Positions 9,319 through 18,273 of a stretch of DNA of 64,000 nucleotides are shown in pieces. Below the pieces are notes generated by a model. That model saw only the letters and a list, made by a program, of their open reading frames with translations, was not told the DNA's origin and did no database searches. Where the stretch lies: contig DASWXP010000002.1 in assembly GCA_036405415.1 (NCBI GenBank), forward strand, positions 427,678 through 491,677. Reading direction: 5' to 3'. The position numbers were made by a program, and so were the translations under genes. The stretch comes from Minisyncoccota bacterium (lineage in GTDB: Bacteria > Patescibacteriota > Minisyncoccia > Phycocordibacterales > Phycocordibacteraceae). How positions within the stretch are numbered: the stretch's first letter is position 1; each line of letters starts with the position of its first letter.

Positions 9319-9750
9319 TCAGCCCCGATAGTGGGGCGAGCCGGCACCCGGGACGAAGCCGCCGCCGAACCGCTTCAGGTTGAAGCGATCGCCCGGATAG
9401 ACCGGTACCATCACCTGGCTGTGATCGGTGTCGACCGCGAGCGCCGTCTTCACGTCGATCCGTTCGGACCGCGGATTGCTCGGCGTGCCCAGGAAGATGG
9501 GCAGATCGAAGCGGTCGGCGGTCCGGATGGCCGGCTCGTAGCCGATGCGCTGCACCAGGTTGTCGCCGCGCTGGATGGTGAATTCCGGCCGGTTCTGGCC
9601 GGTGACCAGCCAGACGGCGCCGGCCAGCAGGGCGGCGACGCCCAGGCCGATCATGGCGCGACGACGGTTGTTCGGGGTGTTCATGCCGGCGAAGAAGTCG
9701 TTGCCGGAATCGCCGGCCGGGCGAGCAGAAGGAATGGCGGTGTCGGACAC
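9319..9750 (-). CDS. hypothetical membrane-anchored protein in a second high-GC island
   Basis: GTG start preceded by GGGAGA. One TM segment (MIGLGVAALLAGAVWLV), then a roughly 90-aa domain. About 68-70% GC with a G/C third-position bias. The antisense 176-aa ORF is Arg-rich and was rejected. Confidence 0.45.
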   Translation of the reverse strand: MSDTAIPSARPAGDSGNDFFAGMNTPNNRRRAMIGLGVAALLAGAVWLVTGQNRPEFTIQRGDNLVQRIGYEPAIRTADRFDLPIFLGTPSNPRSERIDVKTALAVDTDHSQVMVPVYPGDRFNLKRFGGGFVPGAGSPHYRG

Positions 9751-9884
9751 GTTGGGTCTCCCGATGTGTGACTCGAAGGAACAGACCTCCGAGCCTGGTT
9801 AATAGGCGAAGGCATTACTCGAAACTAAGTAAAACGATACACTTTTATACTTAAAATGTCAATACTCTGTGGACGAGACACGAA

Positions 9885-9912
9885 TTGACCTCATGCCTAT
9901 ATATGGTATGCT
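9885..9912 (+). promoter_or_regulatory. candidate promoter for nusA (TTGACC-16-TATGCT) in an AT-rich 240-bp spacer
   Basis: Hexamer match only. Confidence 0.3.
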
Positions 9913-10021
9913 TTCCTTATCTGGAATGTCCGCACCCGCGGGCATTCTCTATTTTAGAGAAACCCGGATGCGTGCGACCATACCCTTATATACGGTGCGA
10001 ACAATCACATAGAGAAGACTT

Positions 10022-11413
10022 ATGTTGGACCTCAAGACCATAAACCTAGTGCTCGGCGAGTTCGAGGAGCGCGGCATCACGAAAGAGACGATGATCGACG
10101 CTATCGAGCAGGCGATGGCAACGGCGTACAAGAAGGAATACGGAAAGCGCGGACAGGTAATCCGCGGGGCTCTTGATATGAACACGGGTACCGTGTCATT
10201 CGAGCAGGTGAAGACCGTCGTGGACGAGACCCTCGTGCGCTTCCCTGAGGAAGGCGAGGAAGTAACCGAGCTTCCGGCGCATCATCCGCACTTCGATCGC
10301 GAGGAGGAGGTCGCAGAAGGCGAGCTTCCGCGCTACGACGCGGAGAAGCACATGCTTCTTGAGGACGCGCAGCGCATCAAGCGCGGTGCCGAGCTCGGCG
10401 AGGAGATCATCTTCCCGCTCGAGCCGCAGGACGATTTCGGCCGCATCGCTGCACAGACCGCAAAGCAGGTGGTGATCCAGAAGATTCGCGAAGCGGAGAA
10501 GCTCTCTATCCTTGACGAGTTCGGCCACAAGAAGGGCGAGATCGTGACGGGTATCGTGCAGCGCGCAGAGCGCGGCGCTATCTTCGTCGACCTTGGTCGC
10601 GCGACCGGCGTGATCCCGTATGAGGAGCAGATTCCTGGCGAGCGCTACCGTCCAGGCGAGCGCATCAGCGCCTACCTCTACGCCGTAGACGAAGGGTTCC
10701 GTGGCGTATACCTCCGCCTCTCGCGCAGCCATCCACGCTTCCTCACCCGTCTCTTCGAGATGGAGGTGCCGGAGCTTGCTGCGGGCGCTATCGAGATCAA
10801 GGGTCTCGCGCGCGAGCCGGGTTCCCGCACCAAGATCGCGATTGCTTCGAACGATCCACACGTGGATCCGGTTGGCTCCCTCGTGGGCCAGCGTGGTGTC
10901 CGCGTCTCGACCGTCATGGCGGCGCTCGGCGGCGAGCGCATCGACATCATCGAGTGGAGCGAGGACATGGCGTCCTACATCAAGGAGTCGCTTTCCCCTG
11001 CTACCGTGCTTGAGGTTGAGCTCAACGAAGAGGAGCGCCGCGCGAAGGTAACGGTATCCGAGGACCAGCAGTCGCTTGCGATTGGCCGCGGTGGCCAGAA
11101 CGTGCGCCTTGCCGCGAAGCTCACCGGCTGGAACATCGACATCATGTCAGTTGGCGGCGAGAGCGTCGCTGATGCGGACGGACAGCAGGAGGACGCAGTA
11201 TCCGCTGCTACCGACGAGTCCGTAGCCGAGGTTGAGAACGCCGAGGACATGGATCCGGCAGTTGCAGCCGGCATCGATCCGACAGAGACCGAGTCCGTGG
11301 TTACCGAGGACGATTCCGAAGACAACACGCTTACGGTTGAGGACGAGACGTCCACCACCGACGAAGGCAACGAATCGATCGCGGACGCTGAGGAGTCTCG
11401 CGACCAGGCATAA
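10022..11413 (+). CDS. nusA: transcription termination/antitermination factor NusA with an acidic C-terminal extension
   Basis: NusA N-terminal domain plus S1 plus two KH domains (GLAIGRGGQNVRLAAKLTGW), followed by a D/E-rich tail. Confidence 0.9.
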   Translation: MLDLKTINLVLGEFEERGITKETMIDAIEQAMATAYKKEYGKRGQVIRGALDMNTGTVSFEQVKTVVDETLVRFPEEGEEVTELPAHHPHFDREEEVAEGELPRYDAEKHMLLEDAQRIKRGAELGEEIIFPLEPQDDFGRIAAQTAKQVVIQKIREAEKLSILDEFGHKKGEIVTGIVQRAERGAIFVDLGRATGVIPYEEQIPGERYRPGERISAYLYAVDEGFRGVYLRLSRSHPRFLTRLFEMEVPELAAGAIEIKGLAREPGSRTKIAIASNDPHVDPVGSLVGQRGVRVSTVMAALGGERIDIIEWSEDMASYIKESLSPATVLEVELNEEERRAKVTVSEDQQSLAIGRGGQNVRLAAKLTGWNIDIMSVGGESVADADGQQEDAVSAATDESVAEVENAEDMDPAVAAGIDPTETESVVTEDDSEDNTLTVEDETSTTDEGNESIADAEESRDQA

Positions 11414-11428
11414 CCCTACACAAAACAC

Positions 11429-11953
11429 ATGAACCTTCTTCACGACATCGCTCCAGGCTCCGCTGACCAGATGAACGTGGTCATCGAGATCCCGAACGGT
11501 TCCAAGAACAAGTACGAGATCGACAAGGAGACCGGCATGATCGCGCTTGATCGCGTGCTTCACACCGCACAGAGCTACCCGTTCGACTACGGCTTCGTGC
11601 CACAGACGCTTTGGGACGACGGCGACGCGCTTGATGTGGTGCTCCTCACCACCCAGCCGCTTCTTCCAGGCATCCTCGTGCACGCGCGTCCCGTAGCCAT
11701 CCTTCCGATGGTTGATGGCGGCGAGCAGGACGAGAAGGTGCTCGCGGTACCGGCTTCTGACCCGCGCTTCAACGACATCCGGGACCTCGGGGACGTGAAC
11801 AAGCACACCCTGAAGGAGATCTCGCACTTTTTCGAGACCTACAAGAAGATCCAGAACAAGGAGGTCTCGGTTGGAGAGTGGCAGGGCGTAGATGCAGCGA
11901 AGGCGGCATTCGCCCGCGCCGTTGAGATGTATCAGGGCAAGAAGGCTGCATAG
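11429..11953 (+). CDS. ppa: inorganic pyrophosphatase
   Basis: Family I PPase motifs (DGDALDVVLL, YPFDYGFVPQT). Confidence 0.9.
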   Translation: MNLLHDIAPGSADQMNVVIEIPNGSKNKYEIDKETGMIALDRVLHTAQSYPFDYGFVPQTLWDDGDALDVVLLTTQPLLPGILVHARPVAILPMVDGGEQDEKVLAVPASDPRFNDIRDLGDVNKHTLKEISHFFETYKKIQNKEVSVGEWQGVDAAKAAFARAVEMYQGKKAA

Positions 11954-12066
11954 CTTTCTTTGAAGGAAAAGACCCCGGGATTCCGGGGTCTTTTCCTATC
12001 CCCACGAGCCTTACGCGCGCGAATCAGGTCACCTATACTTAAGTGCACAGCTAACCCACATTCATC

Positions 12067-12366
12067 ATGGAGAACGTACCAGGAGAGAACATGCAGCAGG
12101 ACACGGCCGCTCCGGCGCCTGCTCCTGCCCCGGTAGCCGAAGAGGCAAAGAAGGGCGCCGCATACGGCTCCATCATCGGCATCGTGATCATCGTCGCGGT
12201 TCTTGTAGCCGGCGCGTTCTACGTCTGGGGCGAGCGCCTCAGCGAGCAGCAGCCGCAGGTCCCGGAGAACGGCGTCCGTGGCGAGATGCTTCCTGACGGG
12301 TCCTACCCTTCTGTCGAAGGTTCTCTTGACGTAGAGTCCGGCGAGAACGGCCCGCAGCCGCGCTAA
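12067..12366 (+). CDS. small single-TM hypothetical protein
   Basis: Pro/Ala-rich N-terminus, one hydrophobic helix IIGIVIIVAVLVAGAFYVW, and a terminator hairpin downstream at about 12380-12408. Confidence 0.4.
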   Translation: MENVPGENMQQDTAAPAPAPAPVAEEAKKGAAYGSIIGIVIIVAVLVAGAFYVWGERLSEQQPQVPENGVRGEMLPDGSYPSVEGSLDVESGENGPQPR

Positions 12367-12445
12367 CGGAGCACTGTAAAGAAACGCGCCCGCACCTGCG
12401 GGCGCTTTTCTTATATGTGCCGTCATTTGGTACTATGGCCCTACT

Positions 12446-13057
12446 ATGGAACACACACGCAAGAACCCTCGCGCCTCGATGCTCGTGCCGATGGTGGTCG
12501 AGAAGTCGCAGTTCGGCGAGCGCGGATACGATATCTATTCCCGTCTCCTCAAGGACCGCATCATCTTCCTCGGCGGCCCGATCGACAATGACACTGCGAA
12601 CCTCGTGATCGCACAGCTTCTGTTCCTCGAGTCTGAGGACCCGAAGAAGGATATCTACCTCTACATCAACTCTCCGGGAGGATCTGTCACGTCGACGCTG
12701 GCCATGATCGACACTATGAACCATGTGAAGCCGGACGTTGCTACCGTGTGTGTCGGTATGGCAGCATCCGGCGGAGCATGGACCCTTGCCGCAGGCGCCA
12801 AGGGCAAGCGCTTCGCGCTCCCGAACGCAGAGATCATGATCCACCAGCCGCTCGGCGGCGCTGAGGGCCAGGCGACTGATATCGAGATCACCGCGAAGCA
12901 GATCCTGAAGCTCCGCGAGCGCCTCAACAAGCTCATGGCAGGCTACACCGGACAGACGGTCGCGAAGATCGAAAAGGATGTCGAGCGCGACTTCTTCCTC
13001 ACCGCAGACGAAGCGAAGAAGTACGGTCTCGTAGACGTCGTCTACAAGAGTAAGTAG
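12446..13057 (+). CDS. clpP: ATP-dependent Clp protease proteolytic subunit
   Basis: Catalytic Ser motif [19 protein letters not shown] and the His/Asp region. Confidence 0.95.
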   Translation: MEHTRKNPRASMLVPMVVEKSQFGERGYDIYSRLLKDRIIFLGGPIDNDTANLVIAQLLFLESEDPKKDIYLYINSPGGSVTSTLAMIDTMNHVKPDVATVCVGMAASGGAWTLAAGAKGKRFALPNAEIMIHQPLGGAEGQATDIEITAKQILKLRERLNKLMAGYTGQTVAKIEKDVERDFFLTADEAKKYGLVDVVYKSK

Positions 13058-13061
13058 CTCG

Positions 13062-13096
13062 CCTTCCTCTGAAACGGCCTCGCCTTGCGCGAGGCC
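13062..13096 (+). terminator. intrinsic terminator after clpP
   Basis: A 9-12 bp stem CGGCCTCGC/GCGAGGCCG followed by a T-rich tail. Confidence 0.55.
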
Positions 13097-13191
13097 GTTT
13101 CATTTGCAAAAACGCTAAAAAGTGTTATTTTTCAATGGTTTTCAGGCTCCAGTACGACTGAAACGGCTGAAATACTACGCCTCACACCTAT

Positions 13192-14721
13192 ATGTCCATA
13201 AAGATCGTCCTCTCGCTCCTCGCGCTCTCCGGCCTCGCTGGAATCGCGCTCGGCTACGTCCTCCGTCTCCTTATCGCGCTCGGCCAGCGCGGGTCGCTAG
13301 AGCTTGAAGTGAAGCAGAAGATGCTCGAAGCGAAGGAGCGTGCCAACCGCATCATCACGGAAGCGGAAACCAAGGCTGACTCTATCGAGGAATCCCGCCT
13401 CTCTCCGCTCAAAGAGCGCGAAGAGAAGCTTGCGAAGGCATCGGAGCGCCTGGCTAAGCGCGAGGAATTCCTCGACGAGCGCGAGCGTGCACTCGTCGCT
13501 GAGAGCGAAGACGTGAAGAACCGCGAGAACGAGGCCGCCAACATGAAGAAGGAGGTGGAGCGCCTTCGCGAGGAACGCCGCCAGGAGCTCTCGCGCATCG
13601 CGCGCCTCTCTGAGAACGAGGCCAAGTCTCTCCTTATCAAGGATCTCGAGGAAAGCTACGAGGAGAGCGTGCTTGCGCGCCTCCAGAAGCTCGAGACTCA
13701 TGGACGCGAGCGTCTCGATGAGAAGGCTCGGTCCATTCTCCTTGCGATCATTCATCGCATGAGCGCGAGCGTCACGAACGACGTGATGACGCTTTCCGTG
13801 CAGATCCCGTCCGAAGAGGTTAAGGGCAAGATCATCGGCAAGGAAGGACGCAACATCAAGGCGTTCGAGCGCGCTACCGGCGTCGACATCATCATCGACG
13901 ACGCCCCGGACCGCATCACCCTCTCTTCGTTCGATCCGCTGCGCCGCCACACCGCGAAGCTCGCACTTGAGAACCTTATCGAGGACGGCCGCATCCAGCC
14001 TGCGAAGATCGAGGAGGCTGTAGAGAAGGCTAAGGCAGAGATCGCAGAGACCATCAAGCGGAAGGGCGAGGAGGCGGCGTACGAAGTAGGCGTCGTTGGC
14101 CTTGACCCGCGCCTCATTACCCTTCTCGGCCGTCTCAACTTCCGCACCAGCTACGGCCAGAACGTGCTCCGCCATTCGATCGAGATGGCGCACCTCGCGG
14201 GCATGCTCGCCGCTGAAGTGGGCGCAGACGTCGACATCGCGAAGGCCGGCGCGCTTCTCCATGACATCGGTAAGGCGCTCGATCACGAGGTGGACGGTAC
14301 GCATGTCGAGATCGGCCGCCGCATCCTCGAGAAGTACGGCGTAGACCGTCGCGTCATCCAGGCCATGCAGTCGCACCACGAGGAGTATCCGTATGAAACG
14401 CCTGAATCCATGGTGGTACAGGCAGCGGACGCGATCTCAGCAGGTCGTCCCGGCGCACGACGCGATACCGTCGAGCGCTACCTTGAGCGCCTTACGGATC
14501 TTGAGCGCGTCGCGCTCGGATTCCCGGGCGTCGAGAAGGTGTTTGCAATCTCAGCAGGCCGTGAGATCCGTATTTTCGTGAATCCAGGCAAGGTTTCTGA
14601 CATTCAGACGCATCGCCTTGCACGCGATATCGCAGAGCGCATCCAGAAGGAGCTCAAATATCCAGGAGAGATCAAGGTTAACGTGATTCGAGAGAACCGA
14701 GTCGTTGAATTTGCGCGATAA
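13192..14721 (+). CDS. rny: ribonuclease Y
   Basis: N-terminal TM, coiled-coil, KH domain (GKIIGKEGRNIK) and HD domain (LLHDIGKA). Confidence 0.9.
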   Translation: MSIKIVLSLLALSGLAGIALGYVLRLLIALGQRGSLELEVKQKMLEAKERANRIITEAETKADSIEESRLSPLKEREEKLAKASERLAKREEFLDERERALVAESEDVKNRENEAANMKKEVERLREERRQELSRIARLSENEAKSLLIKDLEESYEESVLARLQKLETHGRERLDEKARSILLAIIHRMSASVTNDVMTLSVQIPSEEVKGKIIGKEGRNIKAFERATGVDIIIDDAPDRITLSSFDPLRRHTAKLALENLIEDGRIQPAKIEEAVEKAKAEIAETIKRKGEEAAYEVGVVGLDPRLITLLGRLNFRTSYGQNVLRHSIEMAHLAGMLAAEVGADVDIAKAGALLHDIGKALDHEVDGTHVEIGRRILEKYGVDRRVIQAMQSHHEEYPYETPESMVVQAADAISAGRPGARRDTVERYLERLTDLERVALGFPGVEKVFAISAGREIRIFVNPGKVSDIQTHRLARDIAERIQKELKYPGEIKVNVIRENRVVEFAR

Positions 14722-14906
14722 GATGGCTTTTCTTACAAAACGGCCTCGCTTCTGCGGGGCTGTTTTGTTGAAAAATATTGATTTCACCTTATCCCCTTAT
14801 AAAATCAACCCCTATTGCGTAAAATATGGCGTTTTCTATACTTTTCCCGTAGCCCTCTCATAGGGCTTGTGAGCCCTAAGAGGATTAACCCCTAAAAGAA
14901 CGACAC

Positions 14907-15179
14907 ATGAACAAGGCAGATATCGCAGGAAAGGTGCAGGAGGTACTCGGTGGTACCAAGGCTGACGCAGAGCGCGCAGTCGAGACCGTTATCTCGTGCA
15001 TCACCGACGGCCTTAAGGGCGGTGACGAGGTTTCTATCGCAGGCCTCGGCATCTTCAGCGCAAAGGCACGTCCGGCTCGCACCGGCCGCAACCCGCGCAC
15101 CGGCGAGACCATCAAGATCGCTGCAACCCGCACTCCGAAGTTCCGCGCAGCAAAGGCGCTTAAGGACGCAGTTAAGTAG
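14907..15179 (+). CDS. hup: DNA-binding protein HU
   Basis: 90-aa bacterial histone-like fold with the GRNPRTGE arm motif. Confidence 0.9.
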   Translation: MNKADIAGKVQEVLGGTKADAERAVETVISCITDGLKGGDEVSIAGLGIFSAKARPARTGRNPRTGETIKIAATRTPKFRAAKALKDAVK

Positions 15180-15196
15180 TTCTAAGGTTTTCTTGC

Positions 15197-15224
15197 AAAA
15201 GCCCCGCACCTGCGGGGCTTTTGC
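15197..15224. terminator. bidirectional hairpin terminator between hup (+) and rarA (-)
   Basis: AAAAGCCCCGCAcCTGCGGGGCTTTT. Confidence 0.55.
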
Positions 15225-16375
15225 TATGTTCCTTCTGGGAAATACTTCTTGTGCTTCAGCTTCTCGGGCATATAACTTTCTGTACCGTAGCGTTCGTACC
15301 CCTTCCCGTATTCAAGGCCCTTCATGAGCTTCGTGGGAGCGTTCCGGAGCTTCTTTGGGACTGGAAGGTTCCCGAACGCATGCACGTCTGCCTGTGCCGC
15401 GCGGAGCGCTTCATACGCGGACTTCGTCTTCTTGCACTGAGAGAGGTATGCGACGCCATGTGCGAGGTTTATGGCGCATTCCGGATACCCGATGCTCCGG
15501 CATGCTTCGAACACCGCGTTCGCCACAACGAGCGCAGTTGGCTGGGCAAGCCCTATGTCCTCTGACGCGAAGATAACCATCCTGCGGGCGATGAAGAGCG
15601 GATCCTCCCCTGCCTCTACCATGCGGGCCAGATAGTACATGGCGGCATCCGGCTGCGAGGCACGCATGCTCTTAATGAAGGCGCTTATGGTGTCATAGTG
15701 CTCATCTCCCTTCTTGTCGTAGCGCAGGTGCGGGTCCTCGAGCGCTTTCGTGAGCGTTTCAACGGTAACTTTCCCGTAGAGAGACTTCGATCCTTCGAGC
15801 ATCGTGAGCGCTCGGCGCGCGTCCCCATTCGCGTAACCCATGAGCCACTCGAACGCATCCTTCGAGAGCTTTATCTTCGTGCGCGCGATAATAGCCCTCA
15901 GCGCTTCCTCGCTAATCGGTTCGAGCACGAAGACACGGCAGCGCGAGAGAAGGGCCGGGATAACCTCAAACGACGGGTTCTCGGTCGTGGCACCGATAAG
16001 CGTCAGCTCCCCGCTCTCTACATACGGGAGCAGAAAGTCCTGCTGGCTCTTGTTAAACCGGTGTATCTCGTCGAGAAACAGGACTTTGGGACGTAAGTTA
16101 AGAGCGCTTCCCGGATTGCCCTGCCCCACGATCTTCCTGATGTCGTCCTTCCCTGCTGAGACCGCAGACAGCTCGTACAGCTCCGCGTCGAGTGCCCGCG
16201 CGTAGATGCGCGCGATCGTGGTCTTTCCGGTGCCTGGCGGGCCCCACAGGACGAATGAGAAGCGGTGCTTCTTCTCGATAGCCACGCGAAGCGGTTTCCC
16301 CTCCCCCACCAGATGTTCCTGACCCACGTATTGGTCGAGGATCTGGGGACGGATGCGGTTTGCCAGGGGTTCCAT
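15224..16375 (-). CDS. rarA: replication-associated recombination protein A (AAA ATPase)
   Basis: Walker A GPPGTGKTT, Walker B LFLDEIHR and a MgsA C-terminal domain. Start chosen at MEPLANRIRP. Confidence 0.85.
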   Translation of the reverse strand: MEPLANRIRPQILDQYVGQEHLVGEGKPLRVAIEKKHRFSFVLWGPPGTGKTTIARIYARALDAELYELSAVSAGKDDIRKIVGQGNPGSALNLRPKVLFLDEIHRFNKSQQDFLLPYVESGELTLIGATTENPSFEVIPALLSRCRVFVLEPISEEALRAIIARTKIKLSKDAFEWLMGYANGDARRALTMLEGSKSLYGKVTVETLTKALEDPHLRYDKKGDEHYDTISAFIKSMRASQPDAAMYYLARMVEAGEDPLFIARRMVIFASEDIGLAQPTALVVANAVFEACRSIGYPECAINLAHGVAYLSQCKKTKSAYEALRAAQADVHAFGNLPVPKKLRNAPTKLMKGLEYGKGYERYGTESYMPEKLKHKKYFPEGT

Positions 16376-16440
16376 ACAGAAATCATACGCCAAAACACAA
16401 AAGCCCGCGTGAAGCGGGCTTTTGTGTTGGAGCGTCTCTT

Positions 16441-17655
16441 CTAGAGCGCGTCTACCGCCTCTTCGGCGAGGTCCATAGCCTCATCTGCGAAGTCGATAGC
16501 GTCGTCGTAGTCCTCGTCGTCGAATGCGTCCTCAGCGTCTGCGAGTGCATCCTCTGCCTCATCGAGAAGATCGTACGCCTCGTCGGTATCCTCACCGTCG
16601 TCATCAGCCTCATCGATCTCGTCACGAGCCTCGTCGATCGCGTCCTGCGCGTCCTCGATCGCATCTTCTGCATCAGACTCGTCATCGCCGGAAGAGCTTC
16701 CGGTGCCGATCTCGTCGAGGGCCTCGTCGATGAGATCCATCGCCTCGTCTGCGAGCTCGATTGCGTCGTTGTAGTCCTTATCGTCGAATGCGTCCTCGGC
16801 ATCGTTAAGGAGGTCAGCAGCCTCATCAAGGAGGTCCTCAGCCTCGTCGGTGTCCTCGCCGTCGTCGTAAGCTTCGTCTACCTCGTCCCACGCATCGTCG
16901 AGCGCACGATCGGTCTTCTTGATCTTCTCCTCGGCTTCGTCCTCGTCACCGCCATCATTGCCGTCGATCTCGTCTGCGGCGTCATCGATGGACTCCTGCG
17001 CGTCCTGCGCGAGGCTCTCTGCCTCTGAGTAATCCTCCTCCACGAACGCGTATAGTGCGTCCTTGAGAAGATTGTCTGCCTCGGCGAGATACGTCTTGGA
17101 CTTCCCTACGTTATCGCCGTCGTCCTTCGCGTCCTCATAGTCGTCCATCGTGTCCTCGTACGAATCGCGCGCGTCGAGGATCGCGTTGCGCGCCTCTCGC
17201 TGCGCAGAGCTCACTACCGGAGTCGTTGGAAGTGGTGTCGGTGCTGGCGTAGGCGTTGGCGTCGGGGTTGGCTTTGGCGCTGAAGTGCCTCCTGACGTGA
17301 GCACGATGTACTTCGCGCGCGAAAGCGGGCCCCAGGTGCCGGTAGCGGAAATACCGTTTGCGGCCTGCCACTTCGACACTGCGGCTGCGGTCTTCGCCTG
17401 GAACTGATTGGTCTCCTGGCCAGGAGACCCCACGCCGGACGCTGAGATGGTGTAGCCGGCGCCGTTAAGGTAGCGCTGCAAGCAGCGCACCTCTTCGCTG
17501 ACCGTTCCGATCTCGAGGTTCTTGGTGCTAAAGACGCAGGTGGCAGCGCGTGCCGAAGACGGCATGAGCGCAGCTCCTGCAAGGAATACAGCGAGCGCGA
17601 TGAGCGCAGCAGCGTTCCTCTGATGGGCAGTGATGTACATAGACGAAAGGTTCAT
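16441..17655 (-). CDS. secreted peptidoglycan-binding-domain protein with a PT-linker and highly acidic repeats
   Basis: Signal peptide, then a PG_binding_1-like segment (RCLQRYLNGAGY...WQAANGI...TG), a (PT)n linker and about 250 aa of D/E-rich sequence with internal repeats. Confidence 0.7.
   Translation of the reverse strand: MNLSSMYITAHQRNAAALIALAVFLAGAALMPSSARAATCVFSTKNLEIGTVSEEVRCLQRYLNGAGYTISASGVGSPGQETNQFQAKTAAAVSKWQAANGISATGTWGPLSRAKYIVLTSGGTSAPKPTPTPTPTPAPTPLPTTPVVSSAQREARNAILDARDSYEDTMDDYEDAKDDGDNVGKSKTYLAEADNLLKDALYAFVEEDYSEAESLAQDAQESIDDAADEIDGNDGGDEDEAEEKIKKTDRALDDAWDEVDEAYDDGEDTDEAEDLLDEAADLLNDAEDAFDDKDYNDAIELADEAMDLIDEALDEIGTGSSSGDDESDAEDAIEDAQDAIDEARDEIDEADDDGEDTDEAYDLLDEAEDALADAEDAFDDEDYDDAIDFADEAMDLAEEAVDAL
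16444..16629 (-). repeat. intragenic repeat unit 2 (about 60 aa acidic repeat)
   Basis: DEIDEADDDGEDTDEAYDLLDEAEDALADAEDAFDDEDYDDAIDFADEAMDL is about 65-70% identical to the unit at 16708-16893. Confidence 0.6.
16708..16893 (-). repeat. intragenic repeat unit 1
   Basis: DEVDEAYDDGEDTDEAEDLLDEAADLLNDAEDAFDDKDYNDAIELADEAMDL. Confidence 0.6.
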
Positions 17656-17769
17656 TGATAACGGATTGACCGTGCAAGACGCCGGTTCGTACTACTTAAG
17701 ATAGCACGCACGCATGTGTCTTATATGAAAGAACGACGCATGTGCTGCGTCGTTCTTTCATTGCTTCGG

Positions 17770-17840
17770 TGCGGGCGGGGAGAATCGAACTCCCAACTCA
17801 ACTTTGGAAGAGTCGTGTTTTACCACTAAACTACGCCCGC
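17770..17840 (-). tRNA. tRNA-Gly (anticodon TCC)
   Basis: Cloverleaf read by hand: acceptor GCGGGCG, T-loop TTCGATT, anticodon loop CTTCCAA. No encoded CCA. Confidence 0.8.
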
Positions 17841-17868
17841 TTCGGGTTCGAGCATATCACATCTCTTG

Positions 17869-17939
17869 TCGGGCCGCCGAGAATCGAACTCGGTCTATCT
17901 GCTCCCAAAGCAGACGTACTACCGGTATACTACGGCCCG
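17869..17939 (-). tRNA. tRNA-Pro (anticodon TGG)
   Basis: Acceptor CGGGCCG/CGGCCCG, anticodon loop TTTGGGA, T-loop TTCGATT. Confidence 0.8.
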
Positions 17940-18074
17940 ATGCGGACATCCTAGCAGGAATATGAATATTCGCACGTTGTGCCCGAGTGTCGTTTAGGAG
18001 ACTTTGAGGAAATCCTTTTCATTGCTGGGTTTTTTAGGGACGTTCATCGATCCATCATAAATGTCCTCTGTCCT

Positions 18075-18114
18075 TTATCCCCATTATCCCCCTACTTATC
18101 CACTGTTATCCCCT
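18075..18114 (+). promoter_or_regulatory. tandem array of four DnaA-box-like 9-mers (TTATCCCCA, TTATCCCCC, TTATCCACT, TTATCCCCT)
   Basis: Direct head-to-tail repeats with 9-12 bp periodicity between two tRNA genes. The consensus DnaA box is TTATCCACA. Confidence 0.45.
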
Positions 18115-18158
18115 AACACAAAAGACAGCCTTTCGGGCTGTCTTTTGTGTTTCTCGAG

Positions 18159-18230
18159 TGCGGCCAGGGAGAATCGAACTCCCGACTCGTCCTTGGCAAG
18201 GACGCGTTTTACCACTAAACCATGGCCGCT
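18159..18230 (-). tRNA. tRNA-Gly (anticodon GCC)
   Basis: Acceptor GCGGCCA, anticodon loop TTGCCAA, T-loop TTCGATT. Confidence 0.8.
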
Positions 18231-18273
18231 TCGGGAGGCATCATAGCACAGGTATGCCAGAGAACTCCAGTCT

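Noticed and set aside
9241-9771. 176-aa plus-strand ORF antisense to the high-GC island gene
   Set aside because: Arg/Gly/Ala-rich composition typical of a non-coding frame in high-GC DNA. It has no SD. The minus-strand ORF has an SD, a TM segment and a downstream terminator.
16360-17028. 222-aa plus-strand ORF antisense to the acidic-repeat gene
   Set aside because: It mirrors the sense-strand repeat and has a hydrophobic junk composition (VVVVLVVECVL). It is the antisense translation of GAx/GAC-rich codons.
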